64,000 nt of DNA, taken from Gammaproteobacteria bacterium (GTDB lineage Bacteria; Pseudomonadota; Gammaproteobacteria; Pseudomonadales; Azotimanducaceae). The translations under genes and the position numbers were made by a program. Positions 35,603 to 44,958 of the stretch are shown here, piece after piece. The first letter of the stretch is position 1. The number at the start of each line of letters is the position of its first letter. The DNA is taken from contig PBRQ01000028.1 in assembly GCA_002725995.1 (NCBI GenBank), forward strand, positions 743 to 64,742. The letters run 5' to 3'. The notes under the pieces were generated by a model that was given only the letters and a program-made list of their open reading frames with translations, was not told the DNA's origin and did not search any database.

Positions 35603-36850
35603 CTACCAGAGATCGTACTTTTGAACCTCGGCTCTGCCAACAACCATATGATGTACTTCATCCGGTCCATCAGCAAAACGCAGGTGGCGTACATCCGTAT
35701 ACATTTCTGCAAGGGGTGTCCATTGTGAGACACCAGCCGCGCCATGCATCTGAATCGCCTGGTCAATAATTTTACATACCTTGTCCGGTACGATTGCCTT
35801 GACCCCACTGACGTAGACCCTGGCTTCCTTATTGCCGAGAACGTCCATGGCTTTTGCAGCCTGCAGGACCATCAGGCGCATGCCATCAATTTCAAGGCGA
35901 GCCCGTGAAATGACTTCAAGGTTCTTGCCCAGTTTGGCAATTGGCTTGCCAAAGGCGACTCGACTTCCGGCGCGTCTGACCATGAGCTCCAGTGCTTTTT
36001 CAGCTTTTCCAATGGAACGCATACAGTGATGAATTCGGCCGGGGCCCAGGCGAACCTGTGAAATCTCAAAACCGCGGCCTTCTCCCAGCAGAATATTCTC
36101 TTTAGGTACTCGCACATTGTCGAACTTAATGTGCATGTGCCCGCGCGGTGCATGGTCTTTTCCAAAAACTTGCATGGCCTCAAGTATTTCAACTCCCGGG
36201 GTATCGATGGGCACGAGTATCTGCGATTGCTGCCTGCTGGAGGGAGCATCAGGACTTGTTTTAACCATTGTAATCATGATTTTACAGCGTGGGTCCGCTG
36301 CGCCGGAAATGTAAAACTTTTCCCCATTAATTACCCACTCGTCACCATCGGGGACCGCCTCGGTGCTAACATTTTTGGCGTCAGACGAGGGTATGCCAGG
36401 TTCCGTCATGGCATAGGCCGAACGGATTTCACCGTTCAGTAGTGGCTTAAGCCATTGCTCTTTTTGTTCCGGCGTACCTACCCGCTCCAGCACTTCCATG
36501 TTACCTGTATCCGGTGCACTACAGTTCAGCGTTTCCGACGCCAGGTTGGACTTGCCAAGTTCAGCAGCAATGTAGGCGTAGTCTAGATTAGTCAGACCTT
36601 CACCCATTTCGGAATCCGGTAGGAAGAAATTCCACAAGCCTGATTTTTTGGCCTTCGCTTTCGCACCGTCGAGTAATTCCAACTGACGCGGATGCCAGGA
36701 CCATCGATCTTCCTTTTCTCTGTCGAGTTCATAAAATTCCTCGGTAATGGGGTCTACATTGTCCTTAATGTGCTTTATTACTGCATCCATTAAGGGTTGC
36801 GCTTTCTCTGACATTGCCAGAGTAAATAGATCGCTTTCTAAATCAGGCAT
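35603..36850 (-). CDS. Acyl-CoA dehydrogenase, ACAD10/ACAD11 (FadE2)-like subtype
   Basis: GLWNFFLP, NLDYAYIAAELG, NCSAPDTGNMEVL, AYAMTEPGIPSSDAKN, GRGFEISQVRLGPGRIHHCMRSIG and LRFADGPDEVH are strings I recognise as characteristic of the ACAD10/11-type ACAD domain. Confidence 0.85.
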   Translation of the reverse strand: MPDLESDLFTLAMSEKAQPLMDAVIKHIKDNVDPITEEFYELDREKEDRWSWHPRQLELLDGAKAKAKKSGLWNFFLPDSEMGEGLTNLDYAYIAAELGKSNLASETLNCSAPDTGNMEVLERVGTPEQKEQWLKPLLNGEIRSAYAMTEPGIPSSDAKNVSTEAVPDGDEWVINGEKFYISGAADPRCKIMITMVKTSPDAPSSRQQSQILVPIDTPGVEILEAMQVFGKDHAPRGHMHIKFDNVRVPKENILLGEGRGFEISQVRLGPGRIHHCMRSIGKAEKALELMVRRAGSRVAFGKPIAKLGKNLEVISRARLEIDGMRLMVLQAAKAMDVLGNKEARVYVSGVKAIVPDKVCKIIDQAIQMHGAAGVSQWTPLAEMYTDVRHLRFADGPDEVHHMVVGRAEVQKYDLW

Positions 36851-37043
36851 ATCGGTATTCTCAGCTATTTTTTGGGGTGTTACTAATGTACGACTTTGAT
36901 ATTGATAGAACTATTAATATCACAGTGCATGATATGTGTCATTTAAACTGGAGAATGAAAAGACAAGTTGCACTCACCTAGGGTCATTTTCCCCTGGGTG
37001 CAGCGCCCCGGGTTCTAGAACGATGACGCTTTTGTGTCAGATG

Positions 37044-37862
37044 CTAGCGGTCAAACAGAAATGCCCGCGTCTCCTCTCTCGCGGCAGCTATATCAACAGC
37101 CTTCAGTCTGTCCGTATCACCCACTTCCTCTGGTACATAAAAGTGTATCTGATCACTGTTCTCGTAGGCCTGCCAGACTGCCTCCGCTATCGCTGTCGCT
37201 GGCATTACTCGATAGGGACCCACCTTCGGAAGGCCTTCCAACATAGTGTCGTCAAAGGGGCGTCCTGCATTGGCCGCAGTTGCCCCGCGCAGCATGGGTG
37301 TATTGATGCACCCGGGCAGCACGTCCGCTGTTCTCACGCCGAATCTTTCAAATTCGAGGGACAGGGCTTCGGTCATTCCTTTTACAGCAAATTTAGATGC
37401 CGTATAGGCGACGCGCATCGCGTGGCCATAGGTTGCAACGGAAGAAGAGGTGCTCACGCAAAGGGAATTTTCGGTGGCCTTTAGCAGTGGCAAAGCAGTA
37501 CGGATACCTATGATGACACCATAGATGTTGATATCGATGATTTGACGAATGGTTTCCATTGGCATCTCGTCAAACCAACCTCCGGGCGCAATACCTGCGT
37601 TGTTAAACATTATGTCCAGCTTTCCATCGGTGTGGCTTGCGAATTCATCTACTGCGGTGGCGAAATCGGCCTCATCCGTAACATCGAGTTTGCGGGTTAG
37701 TACCTGTCCGGGTTCAAACAGAGATTTGGCAGTTTCCAGAATGGATTCGTTGATATCATACAAGCCAACGAACCAGCCCCTTTCTGCAAAGTAACGGCCA
37801 GTTTCAAGTCCCATTCCGCCACCGCCACCGGTAATAAATACCGACTTTTTGTTCTCTGACAT
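37044..37862 (-). CDS. Short-chain dehydrogenase/reductase
   Basis: FITGGGGGMGLETG, NNAGI, YTASKFAVKGMTEAL. GGGAG RBS. Confidence 0.88.
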   Translation of the reverse strand: MSENKKSVFITGGGGGMGLETGRYFAERGWFVGLYDINESILETAKSLFEPGQVLTRKLDVTDEADFATAVDEFASHTDGKLDIMFNNAGIAPGGWFDEMPMETIRQIIDINIYGVIIGIRTALPLLKATENSLCVSTSSSVATYGHAMRVAYTASKFAVKGMTEALSLEFERFGVRTADVLPGCINTPMLRGATAANAGRPFDDTMLEGLPKVGPYRVMPATAIAEAVWQAYENSDQIHFYVPEEVGDTDRLKAVDIAAAREETRAFLFDR

Positions 37863-38240
37863 ATCATTCTTCTCCCTTTTACACTGAGTCTAAACGCTGG
37901 ATTTTAGTTGTTTGGATCCTGTTCGCTCTTGGCAATATCTAGCCAAATGCTTGAGCGGGCTATAAACAACGCCAGGTAAGCAAATGGCAAATTGAGAGCT
38001 AGCCCACTCCATATCCGAATTCAAATAGGAGCGAATTAGCCGGTCTGATGCCGCCGACCATACCATTGTTTTTGATTCAAAACCTGACAACCTGCTCCTC
38101 GAGGCATGGCGGGAGGGGAATGACTTTTTGCCCCTCAAGGGGAATGACCTATGGTTCACTGGCTGGACAGGCTGCAGGCCAGTCTGGATAACTTGTTCAA
38201 AATGCTATAGGTTTTGCCCAACAATTCAGGGAACATCCCT

Positions 38241-38753
38241 ATGAACTATCCTCATTTTCAGGAGGCCTACCTGGTCAATGACCTTGAAGAGGCCATTGGC
38301 AAGTGGCATGCACTCTATGGTGCCGGACCTTTTGTGGTGGCGCCTCACCACAGGGCGGATACCTTTATGTATCGTGGCACAAGTGTCGAGGCAGATGTTT
38401 CCTATGGCTTCGGTTATCTGGGCGACATGATGATTCAATTTATCCAGCAGCATGATGACCAGCCTTCTATTTATCGGGATATGTATAAGCAGGGCGAGCA
38501 GGGGTTTCATCATGTGGGTTGTTTGGTGACAGACTTCGAAAAGGAAAAACAGCGATTCTTAACTCTGGGTTTTGAGCTTGCCTGTGAGCTTTATGCGGAT
38601 AATGTCAATGCATGCTACTTTGATACGCGGGAAGTGAGTAGTGGTTTCACGGAATTGCATGCAGACCCACCTCATATTCTGGGTGGCTTCGCGACATGGA
38701 AGCGTGCCCATGAAGGGATGAAAGCGGGTGATAGTCCGCTTCTGGCGCGGTAG
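38241..38753 (+). CDS. VOC superfamily protein
   Basis: GFHHVGCLVTDFEKE. Paralogue of 27140..27658. ATG 38241 follows AGGGA (the track start is TTG 38214). Confidence 0.72.
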   Translation: MNYPHFQEAYLVNDLEEAIGKWHALYGAGPFVVAPHHRADTFMYRGTSVEADVSYGFGYLGDMMIQFIQQHDDQPSIYRDMYKQGEQGFHHVGCLVTDFEKEKQRFLTLGFELACELYADNVNACYFDTREVSSGFTELHADPPHILGGFATWKRAHEGMKAGDSPLLAR

Positions 38754-38764
38754 CGATATCGCCA

Positions 38765-39522
38765 ATGGCGCAACTCGTCACAATCCTCGTGCCTCATTAT
38801 AAGAACTTGATGCTGAGTAAGCTCCGCCTGCGCTTGCTTCGAAAACATACGTCCCTGGAGCTGGCCCGCGTCGTAGTCATTGACAATGGCCCCTAGGATG
38901 AATTAACGCAATACCTTCGAAGCGTTGAATGGATTGAACTGATTGAACGGGAAAGAGAATCACAAGAATCCAACGCCCTGTCCCATAGTCGCGCGCTTGA
39001 TCTTGCAGTTATCAGCGTAACTACGCCCTATGTACTCTCAGTTCATACGGATACCCTGGTAACCAGCGATGAGTGGTTGCTCTTTCTCCTGGAACCCATG
39101 CAGCGCAATTCGAATCTTGCCGGGATCGGATCCTGGAAACTGGAAGACAAACCCTGGCACAAGAAAGCTGCAAAGAGCATAGAAGCACTCTTCAAGCCAG
39201 CGGCTGCTCCACAATACCTGCACAGCCACTGCGCCCTATATCGAACTGATGTGATCAGGGAACTGAACGTTACTTTCTCCCTCTGAAAAGAAGCCGCAGG
39301 CAAGGCCATGTACGATGAAATGATCGCCGCGCAGGTCATGAGATGGAATTTTTGCCTGCGACAATCCTGCTGCGTTACATGGAGCATCTTAATCACACCA
39401 CAATTGTGCTCACTTCTGATCTTGGTGGGCATGCTCAGACTTTCAAGGATGGCACTCGAAGGATAAATAAGCGTCTCGTGGTGGCGATCTCGGTGCTGGC
39501 TGATGACAGTCTTGATAGATAG
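38765..39522 (+). pseudogene. Family 2 glycosyltransferase pseudogene (in-frame TAG plus frame change)
   Basis: MAQLVTILVPHYKN...VVVIDNGP is followed by TAG at 38894-96. The same frame continues ...SHSRALDLAVISVTTPYVLSVHTDTLV...HCALYRTDVIRELN to TGA near 39285. The C-terminal part (EFLPATILLRYMEHLNHTT...) continues in another frame to 39522. Confidence 0.7.
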
Positions 39523-39687
39523 AAGTGCTTGCCCCAATAGATCAATCTAGAGTAATTCAGTTCTTGGGTACCATTCTCAACTGCAGGGTGCCTGCGCTGG
39601 CACTCGGCGCCTGTTTCATGCCAGAGGCCTGCAGGTGGCAAGCTCTCTGGTTTGAAAATCGTGTGGTGTCGCGTATTGTCTCCCGTT

Positions 39688-40108
39688 TCAAGAAACAGCC
39701 ATCACAGAATCAGTTTCCAGCAGGGTCTTGAGGTTACTGAGAATAGCCATCCATCCGTTTGAAATCTGAGGATAAACCACGCTCTTCTCTGGGAAATCCT
39801 CGTGGATCAGGGTTAGTTTTGTTGAATCTTCGACTTGTTCGAACAGGAAAGTGACCTTGCTCGCCTTCTCCTTTTTGGCCTGTTCATTGCAGTGAACGTG
39901 CCAGGTAAATGAGAGTTTTTAGAATGGCTCGGCCGTCAATACTTTACCCTCCACCGCTGTCGAACCATCCTGGTTGAGATAGGTGACTGCCGAGCCGGGT
40001 TTCCAGTCGGATCGTATATCGGTGGCGTGAAAGTACCTGCGGGTAAACTCAGCTTTCGTCAGGGCTTCTCAGACTTGTTCCGGTTCTGCTTTGATATAGA
40101 TAGTACAT
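39688..40108 (-). pseudogene. SRPBCC (Aha1/AHSA1-like) protein pseudogene downstream of arsR-family gene
   Basis: The minus-strand reading is TIYIKAEPEQV[TGA]EALTKAEFTRRYFHATDIRSDWKPGSAVTYLNQDGSTAVEGKVLTAEPF[TAA]KLSFTWHVH...KLTLIHEDFPEKSVVYPQISNGWMAILSNLKTLLET. The stops are at 40069-71 (in the position of the conserved Trp) and 39919-21. The ATG at 40108 is in a different frame. Confidence 0.7.
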
Positions 40109-40114
40109 ACGTAT

Positions 40115-40468
40115 TTATCTTAACTCATTTTCCTTCTCCAGTTCTTGTTTGAGTTGCAGCAGGGTTGTGGCCTGGTGGCTCGCGAATTTGCTGACCCACC
40201 GCTCAAAGATCTCCTGCAGGGGCACGGGGTTTAAAAAATGGTGTTTGTTGCGTCCATCCTGCACGCAGCTAATCAGGTTTGCCGATTCCATTATTGAGAG
40301 GTGTTTGCCGACTGCCTGCCGCGACATACTAAGCTCATTGCATAATTCATTAAGTGTCAGACCATCCGTTTGGTGAAGGACGTCCAATAGGTGATGCCGG
40401 TTTGAGTCGGCAAGGGCTCTATAAATGTCAGCCATATCTGATACGTCTGTTTCTTGAAAAATATGCAA
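40115..40468 (-). CDS. ArsR/SmtB-family HTH transcriptional regulator
   Basis: ALADSNRHHLLDVLHQTDGLTLNELCNELSMSRQAVGKHLSIMESANLI is the winged-HTH pattern. The start may be the internal ATG at 40435. Confidence 0.8.
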   Translation of the reverse strand: MHIFQETDVSDMADIYRALADSNRHHLLDVLHQTDGLTLNELCNELSMSRQAVGKHLSIMESANLISCVQDGRNKHHFLNPVPLQEIFERWVSKFASHQATTLLQLKQELEKENELR

Positions 40469-40589
40469 CCATAAGGTTGCATGTCAAATAGAATTCCAAA
40501 TTTCCTCATCTAGCCTGCGGGGTGAGCGATTTTCGGGTGATATAATCCGAGATCCTTTGTTGGCTCTGGAGTGTCATGTGTGTGAGCGT

Positions 40590-41024
40590 ATGGTTGGCTT
40601 GTTGTTTGCGGCGCTATTCTTTTTATCAACGCCGGTTGCCGCAGATGTACTGAAGGTGTCTGATTGCTGGTCCAGGGCGTCAACACCCGGTGCTGATACA
40701 GGCGTAATCTATTGCTCTCTCAGGAACGAAGGGGAAAACCCATTGGTTGTCGAGAAAGTGACCAGTGAAGTTGCAGGGATGATCATGATTCATGATACGG
40801 TTCACCACAATGATATGGTCATGATGTCACATCTTGATAAGTTGAGTATTGAGCCCGGGGAAGCGGTGCAGCTTAAACCTGGCGGGCTGCATATGATGCT
40901 GACGGGAATGACTCGGGCATTGGTTGAGAAAGACGTGTATCAGATTGAATTCCTTTACTCTGATGACAGCACCGCCACGGCCGACGTTCGAGTGGGTTCG
41001 ATTGGCCAGCTAGTCGCGCCTTAA
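40590..41024 (+). CDS. PCu(A)C-type periplasmic copper chaperone (DUF461)
   Basis: Signal MVGLLFAALFFLSTPVAA. Cu(I) motifs MIMIHDTVHHNDMVMMSHL and GGLHMMLTG (H/M-rich). Confidence 0.75.
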   Translation: MVGLLFAALFFLSTPVAADVLKVSDCWSRASTPGADTGVIYCSLRNEGENPLVVEKVTSEVAGMIMIHDTVHHNDMVMMSHLDKLSIEPGEAVQLKPGGLHMMLTGMTRALVEKDVYQIEFLYSDDSTATADVRVGSIGQLVAP

Positions 41025-42427
41025 ATGCCGGAAACCACCGTGCAAAAGCTAAATGGTGCAATGAAATTGCAGCTCGCCGGGGACCTCAATTCTGCTGAAC
41101 CCATCTACCAGGATATTCTTGAAGATGAGCCGGACAATGCGGATGTCAATCACTTGCTAGGGCTTATCCGCAGCGAGCAGGACGACAGTGATGAGGCAGT
41201 TCGCCTTATCCAAAAAGCGATTGGACTCAATGCGAATGCAGCCCCGTTTCATCACAACATTGCGGGTATATACAGGTGCATGGGAAGGCTCCGTGAGTCT
41301 GAATCAGAGTTCCGCAGGGCAATATAACTAAAGGCAGATTACGGTGAAGCCTAACCGGGTCTGGTGGAAATGGTGACCTTCGAAAAGGGCGATCCATTGC
41401 TTCAGCAAATACTGAACCAGTTGTCGAATAGGAATCCGGATTCAGGATTACGCAGCTACTTTCACTTTGCCGCAGGGAAAATCTGTGATGACCTAGGGGC
41501 GTATGATGAAGCATTCAAACATTATTCCGTGGGAAATCGGGACGCGAATAAAACTTTTGACCACAGTGAATTTCGCCAGGCTGTGAAGGATACGATCTAT
41601 ATCTTCAGCCGGACTTTCGTGCAATACAATATCGGCTCTGGTGGTTTAACGGGAAGCCCGATCTTTATCGTCGGTATGCCGCGTTCTGGCACCACACTAG
41701 TAGAGCAAATTCTGGCAAGTCATTCGAAGGTCTTCGGCGCGGGTGAGCTTAATGATATGAAATTTGTTGCCAGATCGGCCGGGAATATAAGTAGCATCAG
41801 GCAGAGCTTCCCTAATTGCATGCCCGGCATTTTCAGGTCAGGCTATGTAAAACTCGCAGCGGAATATCAGAAGAGGGTCGCCAGCGTTCTCTCCTCGGGC
41901 TCCTTTGAACGGGTTATTGACAAGCACCCGTTGAACTTCCAGTTCATAGGTTTGATTCTGCAAATATTTCCCAATGCGCGGATTATTAACACCATACGCC
42001 ACCCACTAGATACATGTCTTTCATGCTTTTTCAAAATTTCACAAAGGGCCAGCACTATACTTTTGATCTGGTAAAGCTGGCGCATTTTTACAATGACTAC
42101 AACCGGCTCATGGAACACTTGTCATTGGTCTATCCCGGGAAGATCTACACAATTGAGTACGAGAAAGCCCTTTCGGATCAGGAGGGGGAAACCAAGAGTT
42201 TGCTTGAGTACTGTGGTCTTGAGTTTGAAAAAGGCTGCCTTGATTTTTACAAGAACGAAAGGGTTGTAAAAACTGCCAGCTTTCTTCAGGTCAGAAAGCC
42301 TATATACCATAGCTCCGTAAATCGCTGGAAGAACTACACTGCTCAGCTATCCGAATTGGCTGCCATCCTTGGGCTTAAAATACAGAAGCCAGTAACCATA
42401 TATGACAGGTCATCTTTGCTTATGTGA
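41025..42427 (+). pseudogene. TPR-repeat sulfotransferase pseudogene (two in-frame TAA plus one frameshift)
   Basis: TPR repeats (DNADVNHLLGLI..., NAAPFHHNIAGIY...) are interrupted by TAA at 41325-27 and 41352-54, inside a TPR consensus AI*LKADYGEA*PGL. The PAPS-binding loop is FIVGMPRSGTTLVEQ. The frame shifts at the T-run near 42026-42033 (HPLDTCLSCFF / QNFTKGQHYTFDL). Confidence 0.72.
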
Positions 42428-42540
42428 CTGCGATTTATTCCAGGGGTCGGGGAAAGGCGGTCCATTTTCTCTTCACCTGGTGATTGAAATTTTCTGCTTG
42501 AACCATGCTAAAGTGTCTTCAGGGTTCTAAGGATATTCAG

Positions 42541-42999
42541 ATGAATTGCGCATCATGGGGCGAGTTTGAGCAGGCTATGCCAGAGCTGGCAGCGTTTGGT
42601 AGGGACCGCCTTGACGGCAAGGTTTCCTACCTCGCTACCGTACGCAAAAATGGCCAACCTCGTGCACATCCCGTAACCCCCATTGTTGGAGGGGGGTATT
42701 GCTTTATATTTGTCGAGCCGAGTTCGCCAAAGGTTCATGACTTGATGGAAAACGGACATTTCTGTCTCCATTGTGCAATGAATGACAGTTCCGGTAGTAG
42801 CGGTGAATTTCAGGTGACGGGCGTGGTTCGTCAGATTGAAGAAAGTGAATTGAGATCCGAGGCTGAATCAATTTCCAGCTTTAGGCCTTCAGCCCGCTAC
42901 CTGCTGTTTGAGCTTCGCCTGGCGGAGGTCATTTCCACATCCTATCTGGGTGGTCGGCCGAGCAGGCACAAATGGGTGCAAACTGCAGATGCCGGTTGA
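42541..42999 (+). CDS. Pyridoxamine 5'-phosphate oxidase-like FMN-binding protein
   Basis: SYLATVRKNGQPRAHPVTPIVGGGYCFIFVEPSSPKVHDLMENGH. Confidence 0.6.
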   Translation: MNCASWGEFEQAMPELAAFGRDRLDGKVSYLATVRKNGQPRAHPVTPIVGGGYCFIFVEPSSPKVHDLMENGHFCLHCAMNDSSGSSGEFQVTGVVRQIEESELRSEAESISSFRPSARYLLFELRLAEVISTSYLGGRPSRHKWVQTADAG

Positions 43000-43004
43000 G
43001 CGAT

Positions 43005-44360
43005 CTATAGTTGTAGCTGATTGAGGCGTTTGCGCTCAGGGTGATCCGGCATCATCTTCCTGTTGATCCAGTCTTTTACCAGCCGCTCAAGCTCGATGAA
43101 AGGTAAGGGGCCTGGCTTTAGGACCGTATTGTGAAATTCATTGAGGTCAAAATTCTGCTTGAGTATCTGCTTGCTCTGTTCCCTTAGCTCTTCAAGTCGC
43201 ATGCGAACCAGCAGTGGTGCTGAAAAGGTGCCTGGTATTTTGCGGGTAATTTGAATCGATTTTTGTAGTCGCTTGACCGGGTAAGGGGAGGAGGCGGACG
43301 CAAATTCCAATGCCTTGGTTTCTGACCAGTTGTCCGTGTGAATGTGCATGTCTGCAATGGCAAGGGAAATAGTCATTGCTTCAAAATACAGGAGAGAAAG
43401 CGCAGAGCGCTGAAAATCTGGCAGGTCAGCCAGGTTGGCGGTTAGGTAGACGGCCCATCCTTCTGAGTACCGGGGTATCGAAATCATCGATTGGATTTTA
43501 AGCAAAGGCCTGCTGCTCATGGCATACATGCCCGGCATACCGTAGTAGGTAGCGACACTTTCGGTTTCAAACAGGGGGAGTTGACTCATGTCGCCGAGAT
43601 CAATGCTGAATACTTTGTTGTTCGCCCTGTATGAGAACGTCCTCCCTGGGTCATTTTCTACACCCTCGACGGTGAACTCCGTGCTTCCTATTTCACTAGA
43701 ATCAATGCCAGCACCAATAAGAGCTGGATCAACAAGAGACGGTGTGAGCTTCCCTATGGCGAGCAGGGACGTCACTATGAGATTTAGATATTCCTGTCGG
43801 CCAGCATCCGTATTAGGCAAATAATTTTCATGATCTTCACGCATGGCTCTGAAAAGGGTTTCAATCGGCAGTTGATTGTCTGGTTGAGCAAGCTTGCGGA
43901 TACGGGCATGTGCGGTGGAGAGCCTCGCATAGGCCTCGTTCTCAAAGTCCGCAAGGTTAGGGGAATACGAAGTCTCCCGCCGGAGCATCTCCTCATAGGA
44001 AAGCGCTACTGAGGCACCTGCTCTGTTGCGTTCAGACTGCCTAAGGTATTCCAGCAGGCGCAGTTGGAGCCGGCTGCCGGCGGACAACTTTGTTTCATCG
44101 AGAGACTGCTTCAGTTTGTGCCGATGGCTATCAATTACGATCAATTTTTCGCTTGCATCAGCGTTGCTGATGTCCTGGAAAGCCAGGTGCAAGAGTGTTT
44201 CGGCTAGTTTGTTTTCGAACCGTTCGGTGATAGTTGCAGCTCGAGCCGTAGGCTGAATAGATCGGGACCCTGTGTCGATCACTGAACATGCGGTCAGAAG
44301 CACAAGGAATGTTAGCTTGAGAATGAGGATAGGGTGGAACAATTTGGTAGGTCTAGTCAA
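43005..44360 (-). CDS. DUF885-like lipoprotein (putative metallopeptidase-like fold)
   Basis: Lipobox LVLLTAC. YSEGWAVYL resembles the DUF885 EGWA motif. The TTG start overlaps the upstream stop by 8 nt. Confidence 0.45.
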   Translation of the reverse strand: MTRPTKLFHPILILKLTFLVLLTACSVIDTGSRSIQPTARAATITERFENKLAETLLHLAFQDISNADASEKLIVIDSHRHKLKQSLDETKLSAGSRLQLRLLEYLRQSERNRAGASVALSYEEMLRRETSYSPNLADFENEAYARLSTAHARIRKLAQPDNQLPIETLFRAMREDHENYLPNTDAGRQEYLNLIVTSLLAIGKLTPSLVDPALIGAGIDSSEIGSTEFTVEGVENDPGRTFSYRANNKVFSIDLGDMSQLPLFETESVATYYGMPGMYAMSSRPLLKIQSMISIPRYSEGWAVYLTANLADLPDFQRSALSLLYFEAMTISLAIADMHIHTDNWSETKALEFASASSPYPVKRLQKSIQITRKIPGTFSAPLLVRMRLEELREQSKQILKQNFDLNEFHNTVLKPGPLPFIELERLVKDWINRKMMPDHPERKRLNQLQL

Positions 44361-44958
44361 TTTGAAGAGAGTTTCTTATCCGATCAGCTGCCTCAGTCAG
44401 TTTTTTTGACCTGGCTATACATTCAGCAGTCTGTGTATTGACAGTAGTTCTATAGTTTTTGTCACCAATACTTTTAAGATTAATGAGGATGTTGAGTTCA
44501 GCCGATCTGATTGTTGCTGCAATTAGAATCGCGGCCATGGTGGAGTCGGTAACCAGGTTTTTGTTGCCGGTCCGCAGCAAAACCAAGGCGTCATCAATCA
44601 TTGAGTCTACCAGAACCATCATTTCACGAGGAGATTCGGCTGCCTCCTTCAGAGACGCTTGGATGTTGTCGAGACGGCCTGCCTCATTTTCAGGTCGCCT
44701 CAATGCCACCATGAGTTTGTTGAAAGCTTCGATGTCTGTCGTGGCCAGCGCCAGGAAAGAGACTCTGGCTTCTTGTACGCGGCTCTGTATTTGTGTGACG
44801 CCTTCGACATGAGGTGAAAAACTACAAACCATGGAGATGAGCGCCGCTGCCTGGGCTCCTGTGATAGCCGCTACTGCACCACCGCCGGGCGTTGAAGTCT
44901 TTGCGGCGACGGTATCCAGGAAGGATTCAATGGAGTTTTCAGACACGCCACTCTTCAT
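44353..44958 (-). CDS. Cyclodeaminase/cyclohydrolase family protein (Fch-type methenyl-THF cyclohydrolase / FTCD C-domain)
   Basis: KTSTPGGGAVAAITGAQAAALISMV signature. ATGA start/stop overlap with the upstream dehydrogenase gene. Confidence 0.75.
   Translation of the reverse strand: MKSGVSENSIESFLDTVAAKTSTPGGGAVAAITGAQAAALISMVCSFSPHVEGVTQIQSRVQEARVSFLALATTDIEAFNKLMVALRRPENEAGRLDNIQASLKEAAESPREMMVLVDSMIDDALVLLRTGNKNLVTDSTMAAILIAATIRSAELNILINLKSIGDKNYRTTVNTQTAECIARSKKLTEAADRIRNSLQID

Noticed and set aside
37890-38159. 89-aa ORF in the 350-bp gap between the SDR (37862) and the VOC gene
   Set aside because: It is basic and Ser-rich, has no RBS and no family resemblance, so it is probably intergenic. 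I could not exclude a small gene.
38894-42033. In-frame stops read as recoding (TGA=Trp or read-through, alternative genetic code)
   Set aside because: TGA, TAA and TAG all terminate dozens of well-formed genes in this window. The affected genes also carry frameshifts, so ordinary pseudogenisation is far more parsimonious.
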